NCBI GenBank assembly: GCA_041579295.1
Contig: JBFGGA010000003.1
Coordinates: forward strand, 1-43,844
Direction: 5' to 3'
Length of the DNA: 43,844 bases
Source: Myxococcota bacterium
GTDB lineage: Bacteria; Myxococcota_A; UBA9160; SMWR01
Shown: positions 7,759 to 16,749 of the stretch, piece after piece
How positions within the stretch are numbered: position 1 is the first letter of the stretch
How the letters are laid out: each line of letters starts with the position of its first letter
Translations under genes and position numbers: made by a program
The notes under the pieces: model-generated
Seen by the model: the letters and a program-made list of their open reading frames with translations, nothing else
Told to the model about the DNA's origin: nothing
Databases searched by the model: none

Positions 7759-10700
7759 TCAGTTCTCGGCCTCGAAGACCAGGTCGGCTCCGACCTCGTC
7801 GCCGCTCGACACGTTGCTCTCGACGCTCCAGTTCGGGGTCAACTCGTACTCGGCCCTCAACTCGTTCTCGCCCTCGTCCGCGAAGCCGCGCTCGTAGTAC
7901 AGGAACAGCCGCTCGCCGACGTACTTGCCGACTCCCGCGCGCAGCTCGGAATTCTCGTCGCTCCCCTCCATCCTCACGTCGATCAGGTCCACCGGGAGCG
8001 ACCCGCCGAAGATCCGCTCCAGCTCGCTCAGCGTCGCTCCCGCGGCGATCCGCGCCGCGGCGGCGTCGAGCGCGCCCTGCTGCCCGGAGCCCGCGTCGGC
8101 GGCGGGTCGGCCGAGGAACAGGTAGGAGGCGATGTCCGTCTCCGACAGCTCGGGCTCGCTCTCGAAGCGCAGCCGGGGCTCCGAGAGGCGGCCATCGAGC
8201 CGTGCGATGATCTTCACGTTGCGAACCCGGTGCACCGCGCGCACGTCGAGCAGCGGGTCTACCTCCGCGGCGCCGTCGAGCGTGGCCGCGCCGCGCTCGA
8301 TCCGGAAACGACGCCCGTAGATCTCGTAGGTTCCGCGCACGGTCTCGATCTGCCCACTCAGCGAGAGCGGCAATCCCGGGTCCTTCTTCGCCTCGAGATC
8401 GCCTTCGAGCTCGACGTTCGCACCGCGCCCGCGCGCCCACGAGTTTCGGCGCAGCGCGACCGCGAGATCCAGGCGCAGGCGCTCGAACAGCGGCATCGAC
8501 CGCGCGTCCTCGTCGAACTCGGCGTCCGCGTCTGCGCCATCCGCGGCCAGCACGCGGATCTCCTTGAACTCGGGCGCGTCGGGCTCGGGGATCTGCACCC
8601 GCAGGTCCGACAGCTCGAGCGCGCCGCGCAGCTCGGGCGCGTCGAGCGTGCCCCCGAGGCGGACGGGACCGTCGAGCGTCCCCACCACGAGGCGGGGTAG
8701 GTCGATCGCGAAACGGTCGAAGCCGAGCTCGAGATCGAAAGCGGGCGCGCGGCCGCTCGCGAACTGCAGCGCACCGGTTCCGGTGACGACCGCCGCCTCC
8801 TCGCCGATCCGCAGCTGCTCGATGTCGATGCGCTCGCCGCGAAGGCTCGCGCGCACGGAGAACGGCCAGGGCCTGTCGCGGCCCAGTGCCCGGAACGCAG
8901 CCGCCCCGTCGTCGACCGCGAGCCGGCCCGAGAACGCGAGCGGCTGCGGCCCGCCGCGCGCGCGAAGATCCGCGCTCAAGCGGCCCGTCAAGCTCGAGAT
9001 CTCGGGCGGTAGAAAGACCGAGAGCGCCGCGAGCTCGAAGCGATCCGCGCTCAGCCGAAGCGACGCGCGGGGGTCTTCGAAGCAGCCCGCGGGATTCGCG
9101 AGAACCCGATCCGCGGGCAGCGCGGCCTCGAGATCGAGCGCCACGGCGCCCTCCCCCGCCCAGCGGCTCGTCACCGCGACCAGCCCCCGCTCGGTCGCGA
9201 CGCGGGCCTCCACGCGCTCGAACGCGAGTTCGCCGAGCTGCGCGTTCGACCACAGCAGCTTGCCAGAAAGCGTCGGATTGCCGAGCGGGCCGTCCCAGAC
9301 GAGATCGCCCGCGATCGCTCCCGCGACCGCGAGCCCGACCTCGGCGCCGCGCAGCGCGTTGGCGGTCTCGACGAGGCGCTTCGCGTCGAGCCCCGGAAAC
9401 GCGATCCGCAGCTGCTCGGCGGCACCCGGCGCGATCCAGCCGGAGACCGCGAAGCGCTGCTCCTCCAGGAAGAGCTCGACGTCTTCGAGCGCCACGCCGC
9501 CGCGCTGCGCGCGCAGCCGCGCACCGTCCGCGACGCGCAGCGACAACGCGCCTCCACTCGCGGCGAGCTCTTCGATCTCGAACGTCCGGTCTTCTTTGGC
9601 TTCGAACGCGACGCGCACGGCGCCGATCGGCCAATCCTCCCAGTGGGCCGCCGCAGCCGACGCCTCGACCCGCGCGCGCGGGGCGCGCAGCGGCCCTTCC
9701 AGATTGACGCGCGCCTGCATCCCGGACGCGGTCGCACCGGCGGCCCGGATCGATGCCGACTCGATCCGCGCGGTGCCGCGCAGCTGTGGGCCGCCGGCGG
9801 CGCCCGTCAGCGTGAGGTCGGCGTCGAGCGAGCCGGCGGCTTCGATGCCCGCGGCGCGCCAGAGCGGCGCGAAGGTCCCGAGCGGCCAGGCCTTCGCGTC
9901 GACGCTCGCGCGTGTGGCGGCGTCGCCGAGCAGCGCATCGAGACCCGAGAACGGAAGCGGCGGCAAATCGAGATCGAGGCGCAGCGCGCTCGCGCGGCTC
10001 CGATCGCGCAGCTCGAGGTCGCGCAGCGAGGCCCCGTTCGCGTCCACCACCAGCGCGGCGCCGGGCTCGGCGCGCAGCTCGAACGCGCCGAGCTCGAAGC
10101 GCAGCGCATCGACGCGCAACCTTCCCTCTGGCTCGCTGGCGACTTCGACCTGCAGCGCGCCGAGATCGAGGTCGCCCGAGCGGAGGCCTTCGGCCGCGAG
10201 CGCGAGCGACCCGGTCGGCCGGCGCAGCGGGCCGCTGAGATCGGCGGAAATCGCAAGCGAGCCCGAGAGCCCGAGCGCGTCGCCGAGGAGCTGCGCGTCG
10301 AGCGCGTCGAGCGACGCGATGCGCGCGGTGAGGACGGCGCGCTCGATGACCTCGGCACTTCCATCGCCTCGCGCCTCCACTTCGGCGCCCAGCCCCGCAG
10401 CGCGAAGCTCGACGAGCGACCAGCGCCCGCCCTGGTACGACGCCCGCAGCGCACCGCGAATCGCACCCTCGGCCGCGTCCGCCAGGCCCTGCACGGCAAA
10501 CGAGAGCTCGAGCGCCGCAAACGCGAACTCCGCGCCTGCACGAAGGTCGTCGAGCGTCCCGTCGAGCTCGAGCCGAGCGACAGCGCCCGCGTCGCGCGCG
10601 ACCTCCAGCACGCCGCCGTCGAGGATCGACCGCTCGACGATCAGCGCGAGCCGCGGGCTCGCGTCGGTCTCATCTGCCTCGCTCGGCGCCCCGTCCCACG

Positions 10701-11064
10701 GCCAGCGCCCGTCGCTGCCGCGGCGCACGCGAAGCCGCGGCTGCCGCAGCTCGAGCGCCGAGATCGTCAGGCTCGGCGAGCCCGCGAGCCGCAGCGCGCC
10801 GAATCTCACGCGCAGCTCCGAGATCTCGAGCAGGGGATCCGACGCGTCGCCGATTCGCAGCGCGCGCGCGGTGATCTCGCGATGCAGCGGGCCCTCGAGA
10901 GATCCGATCGCAACCGGTTGCTGCAGTGCCGCGGCGAGGCGCGCCTCGAGCTCGCCGCGCAGCCAGTCCCGTTGCCATCCGTAGAGCACGGCGACGAGCA
11001 GCGCCGCCGCCGCGAGCAGCGCGGAGAGACCCGCCAGTGCGCACCACAGGAGTCGCCGCGTCAA
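7759..11064 (-). CDS. tamB: TamB (translocation and assembly module; DUF490 C-terminus)
   Basis: N-terminal TM anchor (LLWCALAGLSALLAAAALLVAVLYGW), long amphipathic beta-rich body and DUF490-like end (RGTYEIYGRRF...GKYVGERLFLYY...EYELTPNWSVES). TTG start overlaps the tamA stop; the ORF track's longer N-terminus overlaps tamA. Confidence 0.9.
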   Translation of the reverse strand: MTRRLLWCALAGLSALLAAAALLVAVLYGWQRDWLRGELEARLAAALQQPVAIGSLEGPLHREITARALRIGDASDPLLEISELRVRFGALRLAGSPSLTISALELRQPRLRVRRGSDGRWPWDGAPSEADETDASPRLALIVERSILDGGVLEVARDAGAVARLELDGTLDDLRAGAEFAFAALELSFAVQGLADAAEGAIRGALRASYQGGRWSLVELRAAGLGAEVEARGDGSAEVIERAVLTARIASLDALDAQLLGDALGLSGSLAISADLSGPLRRPTGSLALAAEGLRSGDLDLGALQVEVASEPEGRLRVDALRFELGAFELRAEPGAALVVDANGASLRDLELRDRSRASALRLDLDLPPLPFSGLDALLGDAATRASVDAKAWPLGTFAPLWRAAGIEAAGSLDADLTLTGAAGGPQLRGTARIESASIRAAGATASGMQARVNLEGPLRAPRARVEASAAAAHWEDWPIGAVRVAFEAKEDRTFEIEELAASGGALSLRVADGARLRAQRGGVALEDVELFLEEQRFAVSGWIAPGAAEQLRIAFPGLDAKRLVETANALRGAEVGLAVAGAIAGDLVWDGPLGNPTLSGKLLWSNAQLGELAFERVEARVATERGLVAVTSRWAGEGAVALDLEAALPADRVLANPAGCFEDPRASLRLSADRFELAALSVFLPPEISSLTGRLSADLRARGGPQPLAFSGRLAVDDGAAAFRALGRDRPWPFSVRASLRGERIDIEQLRIGEEAAVVTGTGALQFASGRAPAFDLELGFDRFAIDLPRLVVGTLDGPVRLGGTLDAPELRGALELSDLRVQIPEPDAPEFKEIRVLAADGADADAEFDEDARSMPLFERLRLDLAVALRRNSWARGRGANVELEGDLEAKKDPGLPLSLSGQIETVRGTYEIYGRRFRIERGAATLDGAAEVDPLLDVRAVHRVRNVKIIARLDGRLSEPRLRFESEPELSETDIASYLFLGRPAADAGSGQQGALDAAAARIAAGATLSELERIFGGSLPVDLIDVRMEGSDENSELRAGVGKYVGERLFLYYERGFADEGENELRAEYELTPNWSVESNVSSGDEVGADLVFEAEN

Positions 11065-13190
11065 AACGAGTGCCCCACTGAGAAATAGACGCCGTAGTTG
11101 TCGACGCCCGAGGGGGGATTGAGCAGGCGGGCGACGTCGAGGCGCAGCGGGCCGATCGGCGTCTTGAAGCGCAGGCCCAGACCCGCGGAGTAGAAGAAGT
11201 CGTCCGCGCGCAGCTCGAACGAATCGAGCGCCACCTGGCCGACGTCGAAGAACGCGACCCCGCCCAAGGCCTTCCAGATCGGGAAGCGCAGCTCGACGCT
11301 GCCTTCGGCGAGGGTGAGCCCGCCGGTCGGCTCGTTGAATCGATCGCGGGGGCCGAGCTCGTCGAGATCGAATCCGCGCACCGAGGTGCTGCCGCCCGCG
11401 AAGAAGCGTTTGAAGATCGGGACCTCGGAGTTCTGGGTGCCCGCGTAGGGCTCGAGCGTGCCGAGCCGGACGCGCGACGCGAGCACCATGCGAAGCGGCA
11501 GCGGATAGAACGCGCGCGCGTCGAGCACGTTCTTCAAATAATCGACGTCCGAGCCCAACGCTCGAACGGAGGGCTCGATGGAGAGATCCAGCAGCGTACC
11601 GGAGCGCGGATCGATCTCGGAGTCCAGTGTGGAACGTCTGAGCCCGAGCTGGAAGTACACCAGCTGGAACGTGCTGTTCTCCTGCTCGCCGAGCGGCGTG
11701 GAATCGGCGTCGACGCTTCTCACGCGCTTGAGCTCGTAGCGCTGCCCGATGCGGCCGCGCCAGCCTTTGGCGAGCCGCCTCTCGAAGAGCCACCCGGCCT
11801 CGATTCCGCGCGTGTGAAAGACCGGCGGGGTCTCGTCGAGAAACAGCGCGTCGAGCGTGAGATTGTTCGGCCTGCCGAAAAACCGCGGCTGCTCGAAGAT
11901 CGCCTCGACGCCCCGTTCGAGGAACGAATACTTGCCGACGAGCTTGAAGGAGCGAAGGCCGCCAAACAGGTTGCGGTGCTTCCACTCGAGCTTGGCGCGC
12001 GCGAGATCTTCCGTGCCGAATCCGATCGACGCGCGATAGGAGCGCGGCGGGCGCTCCCGAACCCGAATCTCGAACGGCCAGTGCGCCTCGAGCGGGGGCT
12101 CGGGCGCCTCCGCGACCGCCTCGGCGGCAGGTTCCAATGCGGTCGGCGTGGGCGCAGCGGGCGTTGCGGCTGTGGCCGGCTGCGGCGCCGGGTGCGCCTC
12201 CGCTGTGGACGGCGGCGGCCCGGTGGGAGGCTCCGCTGCGGGCGGGGTGAGCGCGGCGGGCGCGGTCGCGGGCCCTTCAGCGCCCGCCGGCTCGACGGAC
12301 GGGGCTTCCGCCTGCGTCGCGGGCGCGATTGCAGGCCCTTCAGCGCTCGCCGGCTCGACGGGTGAAACTTCCGTCGGCGCCGCGGGCGCGATCGGCCGGA
12401 TCGAGACCGAGCGAAACAGCCCGAGGTCGAAGATCGCGCGCTGGGTCTCGCGCAACGCCGCGGGTTGATAGGGCTCGCCGACCTCCCAGCTGACCTCGCC
12501 GAGCGGCAGATCGGGATCGACGCGCTCGAGGCCCGTGATGCTCGTGGGCCCGAATCGGATCAGCGGACCCGGGTCGACCTTCCAGGTCAGCGTCGCGGTC
12601 CGGTCGGCGGGTCGCACTTCGGCCCCTCCCGAGATCCGCGCGTCCGGGTGGCCGCGCTCCGCGAACCGCTCCAACAGGATCCGTTTGGCCTCGGAGTAGC
12701 GCTCCGCGCTGAACGGCTCGCCCACGACGAGCGGCAGCTCGCTTGCGAGCTCGGTCGGATCGAAACGCGAAACCACCGTCGGCTCTCCCTCGACCGACAA
12801 CGCGAAGTCGGCGAGCGCGATCTGCGGCCCTTCCGTCACGAAGAAGCGCACGATCACCGCGTCTGCGCCGCGCGCCTCGACCTCCGTGCGCACTTCCGCC
12901 TCGTAGAAGCCCTTGTGGCGGTAGAGGCGGCGCACGCGTTCGACGTCCTGCTGGAGCGTACCGGGGTCGAAGGGATCGACCGCGACCCAGGGTCTCCAAT
13001 TGGCCTTCGAGGTCAGGATCGCGGCTTCGAGCTCGTCACGCGAAGCCGCGTGCACGCCCTCCCAGTGAATCGAAGCGACGACGGGGCCCTCGCCGCGCCT
13101 GAACGCGGAGAAGGGCGCGGTCGCGCAGCCCAGACAGGCGAGCGCGAGCACGAGCGAGGCACCGAATGCGCGAGAGAAGCGGGATCGCAT
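11061..13190 (-). CDS. tamA: TamA/BamA (Omp85) family outer-membrane protein
   Basis: POTRA-like repeats (LYRHKGFYEAEV, ERGHPDARI, IFDLGLFRSV), barrel motif RFFAGGSTSVRGF, GLRFKTPIGPLRLD and C-terminal VYFSVGHSF. Directly upstream of tamB. Confidence 0.93.
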   Translation of the reverse strand: MRSRFSRAFGASLVLALACLGCATAPFSAFRRGEGPVVASIHWEGVHAASRDELEAAILTSKANWRPWVAVDPFDPGTLQQDVERVRRLYRHKGFYEAEVRTEVEARGADAVIVRFFVTEGPQIALADFALSVEGEPTVVSRFDPTELASELPLVVGEPFSAERYSEAKRILLERFAERGHPDARISGGAEVRPADRTATLTWKVDPGPLIRFGPTSITGLERVDPDLPLGEVSWEVGEPYQPAALRETQRAIFDLGLFRSVSIRPIAPAAPTEVSPVEPASAEGPAIAPATQAEAPSVEPAGAEGPATAPAALTPPAAEPPTGPPPSTAEAHPAPQPATAATPAAPTPTALEPAAEAVAEAPEPPLEAHWPFEIRVRERPPRSYRASIGFGTEDLARAKLEWKHRNLFGGLRSFKLVGKYSFLERGVEAIFEQPRFFGRPNNLTLDALFLDETPPVFHTRGIEAGWLFERRLAKGWRGRIGQRYELKRVRSVDADSTPLGEQENSTFQLVYFQLGLRRSTLDSEIDPRSGTLLDLSIEPSVRALGSDVDYLKNVLDARAFYPLPLRMVLASRVRLGTLEPYAGTQNSEVPIFKRFFAGGSTSVRGFDLDELGPRDRFNEPTGGLTLAEGSVELRFPIWKALGGVAFFDVGQVALDSFELRADDFFYSAGLGLRFKTPIGPLRLDVARLLNPPSGVDNYGVYFSVGHSF
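12256..12392 (-). repeat. 63-bp (21-aa) tandem duplication inside the Pro/Ala-rich insert of TamA
   Basis: ggcccttcagcgc at 12271 and 12334, and cttccg at 12305 and 12368. The protein reads VEPASAEGPAIAPA...VEPAGAEGPATAPA. Confidence 0.75.
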
Positions 13191-13258
13191 GGGTCGTGCG
13201 CAAGCCAGCCGAGCGACGAGCCGGCGCCGAGTCGGTCGGCGCGGACGCGCACGCGTGC

Positions 13259-14365
13259 CTACGGTTCCTCCGAATTCCGATCGGAATCGAATTCAGGGGG
13301 TGGGGAAGCCCCGATCCAACCGCGACGGCGAAAGAAGATCGCCATCGCGACGGCTAGGATGATCATCACCCCCAGCACCACGAAGTAGCCGATGCGCGAG
13401 TTGAGCTCCGGCATGTTCTCGAAGTTCATGCCGTAGATGCCGGCGACGAAGGTCAGTGGGATGAAGATGCTCGCCATGAGCGTCAAAACCTTCATGATCT
13501 CGTTGGTGCGGTGGCTCACGTTCGACAGGTAGGATTCGGCCAGATCGGACGCCATCTCCCGCGACGAATCGATGAGCTCGACGATCTGGGCGATGTGGTC
13601 GTGGGTGTCTCGGAGGAAGACCTTGGTCGCATCGCCGAAGAACGGCGTGCGCTCGCGCAACAGCGCGCTGATCGCCTCGCGCTGCGGCCAACCGACGCGC
13701 CGCAGCACGACGAGCTGGCGGCGCAGCCCGTGGATGCGCGCGAGCACCTCCGGATGCGGGTTGTCGACGACGATGTCCTCGAGCACTTCGAGCCCATCGG
13801 AGAGCCTCTGCGCAACCGGGTAGTAGCGATCCACCATCGCGTCGATCATTGCATACGCGAGATAGTCGGGCCCCTCCTTCCGAATCGCTCCGAGTCCCGC
13901 GTGGATCCGCTCGCGCACGGGATCGAAGAACCCGAAGTAGCGCTCCTGAAAGGTGAGCAGATATCTCGCGCCGACGATGAAGCAGACCTGGGGCGTCCGC
14001 ACCCGTTCGCCATCGAGAACGGGCGTGCGCGCGATGATCAGCTGGTGGCTCTCGTAGAGTTCGCTCTTGGCGCGCTGCGGCACGTTGACCGCGTTCTCGA
14101 GCGCGACCGGGTGCAGATCGAAAGCCTCCCCGATCGCCCGGATCACCCCCTCGTCGCCCAGGCCCTGCACGTCCACCCAGGTGACGCGTTCCGCGTGATG
14201 CACGTCGCGAAGCTCGTCCGCGTGCGTGATCTCCCGGCGATCGACGCCGTTCTCGTCGTACTGCACGAGCGTGATCTTCGGCGGCGGCGAGTCGGGTGGA
14301 ATCGCGAGCGTTCCGGGGCGGGCACCGATTGCGGGATTGTGCTTGACGAACACCATTTCCCCCAT
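13259..14365 (-). CDS. corA: Magnesium/cobalt transporter CorA
   Basis: WVDVQGL, LHPVALE, TNEIMKVLT, the GIYGMNF signature and two C-terminal TM helices. Confidence 0.95.
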   Translation of the reverse strand: MGEMVFVKHNPAIGARPGTLAIPPDSPPPKITLVQYDENGVDRREITHADELRDVHHAERVTWVDVQGLGDEGVIRAIGEAFDLHPVALENAVNVPQRAKSELYESHQLIIARTPVLDGERVRTPQVCFIVGARYLLTFQERYFGFFDPVRERIHAGLGAIRKEGPDYLAYAMIDAMVDRYYPVAQRLSDGLEVLEDIVVDNPHPEVLARIHGLRRQLVVLRRVGWPQREAISALLRERTPFFGDATKVFLRDTHDHIAQIVELIDSSREMASDLAESYLSNVSHRTNEIMKVLTLMASIFIPLTFVAGIYGMNFENMPELNSRIGYFVVLGVMIILAVAMAIFFRRRGWIGASPPPEFDSDRNSEEP

Positions 14366-14368
14366 GCT

Positions 14369-16672
14369 CTACCCGTTTTTGGCCGGCCTGTTCGACGGCT
14401 GGTCGCCGTCCAGCACCCGCACCTCGATCGGGGAGACGCTATCCAAGTGTACATCGCGTTGCGGAAATGCAATCACCAGGCCGTGCTCGCGAAACAAATC
14501 ATCGATCGCGAAGCGCACGCGGCTCTGGACCCTACGGACCTCCATCGGCGAGCGCGTCCGCAGCCAGAAGTGGACCGCGAAGTTGAGCGAGTTGTCGCCG
14601 AACTCGTCGAAGAGGACGATCGGCTCCGGATCGGAGAGGATCGACGCGTCCTCGGACACGACGCGCCCGATCAGCTGCTCGACGAGGCGGGTGGGAGAAC
14701 CGTAGATCACGCCCACGCCCACGCTCGTGCGGATCAGATCGTCCGAGAGCGTCCAGTTGACGACGTTGCTCTCGAGAAAGAAGCTGTTGGGGACGACGAT
14801 GTGGCGTCCGTTCGTCGAGCGGATCTGCGTGCTGCGCGCCCCGATCTTTTCGATCACACCGTGATTTCCCTCGATCTCGACCAGATCCCGAGCCCGGACG
14901 GGCCGCTCGAGCATGATGATCAGGCCGCTGATGAAATTGTTCATCACGTTCTGGCTGCCAAAGCCGATTCCGATCGCGAGCGCACCGCCCAGGACCGTGA
15001 AGGCCGTCAGCGGAAAGTGGACGGCGCGCAGCGCGAGCAGCATGAAGCCTGCGAGCAGCGCGTAGAACGAGAGTGACTGCAGCGCGTGCGCGGCGCCCTC
15101 GTCGAGCTTGAACCGACGCATCGCGGACTGGCCGACCAGGATCGAGCCGCGTCGCGAAACCCACATCCCGATCCCCGCGAGCAGCAGCGCGAGCACGAGG
15201 GATTTCACGGTGATCGGCGCGTCGTCGATCGCGGTGAACTCGTAGTTCCAGATGTCGCGCACGGTCCGAAGCCCCCGGGCCGCAACCTCCAGCGGATGGA
15301 ACTCGCCGGTGCGGGCGCGCAGCTCGGCGGCGAGCCGCTCGGAGAAGCGGCGCGCGTGCGCGAGCTCGGCGGCGGCGGCCCGATCCGCGGCGAGCAGCCG
15401 GGCGAGCGCCTCGCGCTGCTCTTCGAGCAGGGGCCGGACGCGCGCGTCGTCGGGCAGCGCGAGCAGGCGGGCCTCGAGCGCGGCGAGCGCCCGGTCCAGG
15501 TGGGCTCGCCGCCCGCGTTGCTGCAGATCCGCCTGCTCGAGCGCATCGCTGCGCTCTTCGACCGACGCTTTCCAGGCTTCGAGATCCTCCCTCGACGCGC
15601 GGTCGAGAAGCAGCGCTTCCCACTGCTCCCAGGCCGCGCGTTGCGCGACCTGGTTCTCCAGGCGCGCATCGATCAGCGCGATTTCCTCACGGATCGCGTC
15701 GCGCTTGACGGTGAGCGCCTCGACTTCCTCCAGCAGCTCCGCGGGCGGATCGACCTGTCGCGCAAAGCGTTGCTGCGCGGCTTCCAGGCGCAGCTCCACC
15801 GTCGCGAGCTCGCGCGCGATCGCATTGCGCGAGCGGCGAAGCTCCTCTGCGCGTTCGGAGAGCGCCGCGTAGGCGGCGCCCGACTCGCCCCCATCACGCG
15901 CCAGCGCGGCGCGCAGCGCTTCGATCTGCGCGGCGATTTCGGAATCGGCGCCGCTCGACGCCTCGAGCTCGCGCTGCAGCGCGCGCGTCTCCAGCGTGCG
16001 CAGGACGACGCGCTCCTGCGCGGCGCGACTCGCGAGCTGTCGCAGCGCGAGCTCGCGCTCGGCGCTCGTTTTCCCAGCTCCGGGCCCGATCGCCTCGAAT
16101 TCCTGGCGCGCATCGCGCCGCTCTCGCTCCGCCCTCTCGAGCTTCTCCTTCGCGCTCGCCAGCACCTCGCGGCTCGCGGCGAGCTCTTCCGCGAGCCGGG
16201 CCGCCTCCTGCTCGCGTTCGAAGCGAAGCTCGTAGAGTCGATCCAGCTCGAGCAGCGGGGCTCGTGTGGTCTCGACATGGACCGACGGCGCGACGTCGGA
16301 ATCCGCTCGGGACGGCTCCGCGAGCTCCTGCTGTTGCCGCAGCAGCGCGTCGATGCCGAGCAGCGCGTCGCGCACCGCTTCGAGGTGCGCTCGCAACGCA
16401 TCGTCGCGGGCCGACGCCAGCGCGCGCTCGGTCGACGCGAGCTCTTCGCGCAGCGCCGCCCGGCGCGCTGCGATCTCGTCGGGATGCGTGGCCTCGAGCG
16501 CGGCGTTCGCCGGCTTCGCCTCGGGCAGCTGGGGGAGCTCCTGCGCCGACGCGGGCACGAGCGAGACCGCAGCGAGCGCCGCTGCGAGCGAGACCGCGAA
16601 GCCGGCGCGAGATCGGGTGGTAAACGGACGGCGCACGCGGCGCGTTTTCCGACGTCGGCCAATCGCGTGCAT
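14369..16672 (-). CDS. Large mechanosensitive channel of the MscS/MscK family
   Basis: Signal/TM segment, long coiled-coil region, then the MscS core (GIGFGSQNVMNNFISGLIIMLERPV, VPNS, NWT, FGDNSLNF, IAFPQRDVHL). ATG 16672 follows GAGGAG. Confidence 0.9.
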   Translation of the reverse strand: MHAIGRRRKTRRVRRPFTTRSRAGFAVSLAAALAAVSLVPASAQELPQLPEAKPANAALEATHPDEIAARRAALREELASTERALASARDDALRAHLEAVRDALLGIDALLRQQQELAEPSRADSDVAPSVHVETTRAPLLELDRLYELRFEREQEAARLAEELAASREVLASAKEKLERAERERRDARQEFEAIGPGAGKTSAERELALRQLASRAAQERVVLRTLETRALQRELEASSGADSEIAAQIEALRAALARDGGESGAAYAALSERAEELRRSRNAIARELATVELRLEAAQQRFARQVDPPAELLEEVEALTVKRDAIREEIALIDARLENQVAQRAAWEQWEALLLDRASREDLEAWKASVEERSDALEQADLQQRGRRAHLDRALAALEARLLALPDDARVRPLLEEQREALARLLAADRAAAAELAHARRFSERLAAELRARTGEFHPLEVAARGLRTVRDIWNYEFTAIDDAPITVKSLVLALLLAGIGMWVSRRGSILVGQSAMRRFKLDEGAAHALQSLSFYALLAGFMLLALRAVHFPLTAFTVLGGALAIGIGFGSQNVMNNFISGLIIMLERPVRARDLVEIEGNHGVIEKIGARSTQIRSTNGRHIVVPNSFFLESNVVNWTLSDDLIRTSVGVGVIYGSPTRLVEQLIGRVVSEDASILSDPEPIVLFDEFGDNSLNFAVHFWLRTRSPMEVRRVQSRVRFAIDDLFREHGLVIAFPQRDVHLDSVSPIEVRVLDGDQPSNRPAKNG

Positions 16673-16749
16673 GGGCGAACCCTCCTCTGGTTGTCGACGG
16701 ATCGCTCGTGGGGCGGCCGCGACGTCTCGCGCGACGCGCGAGATCCATC

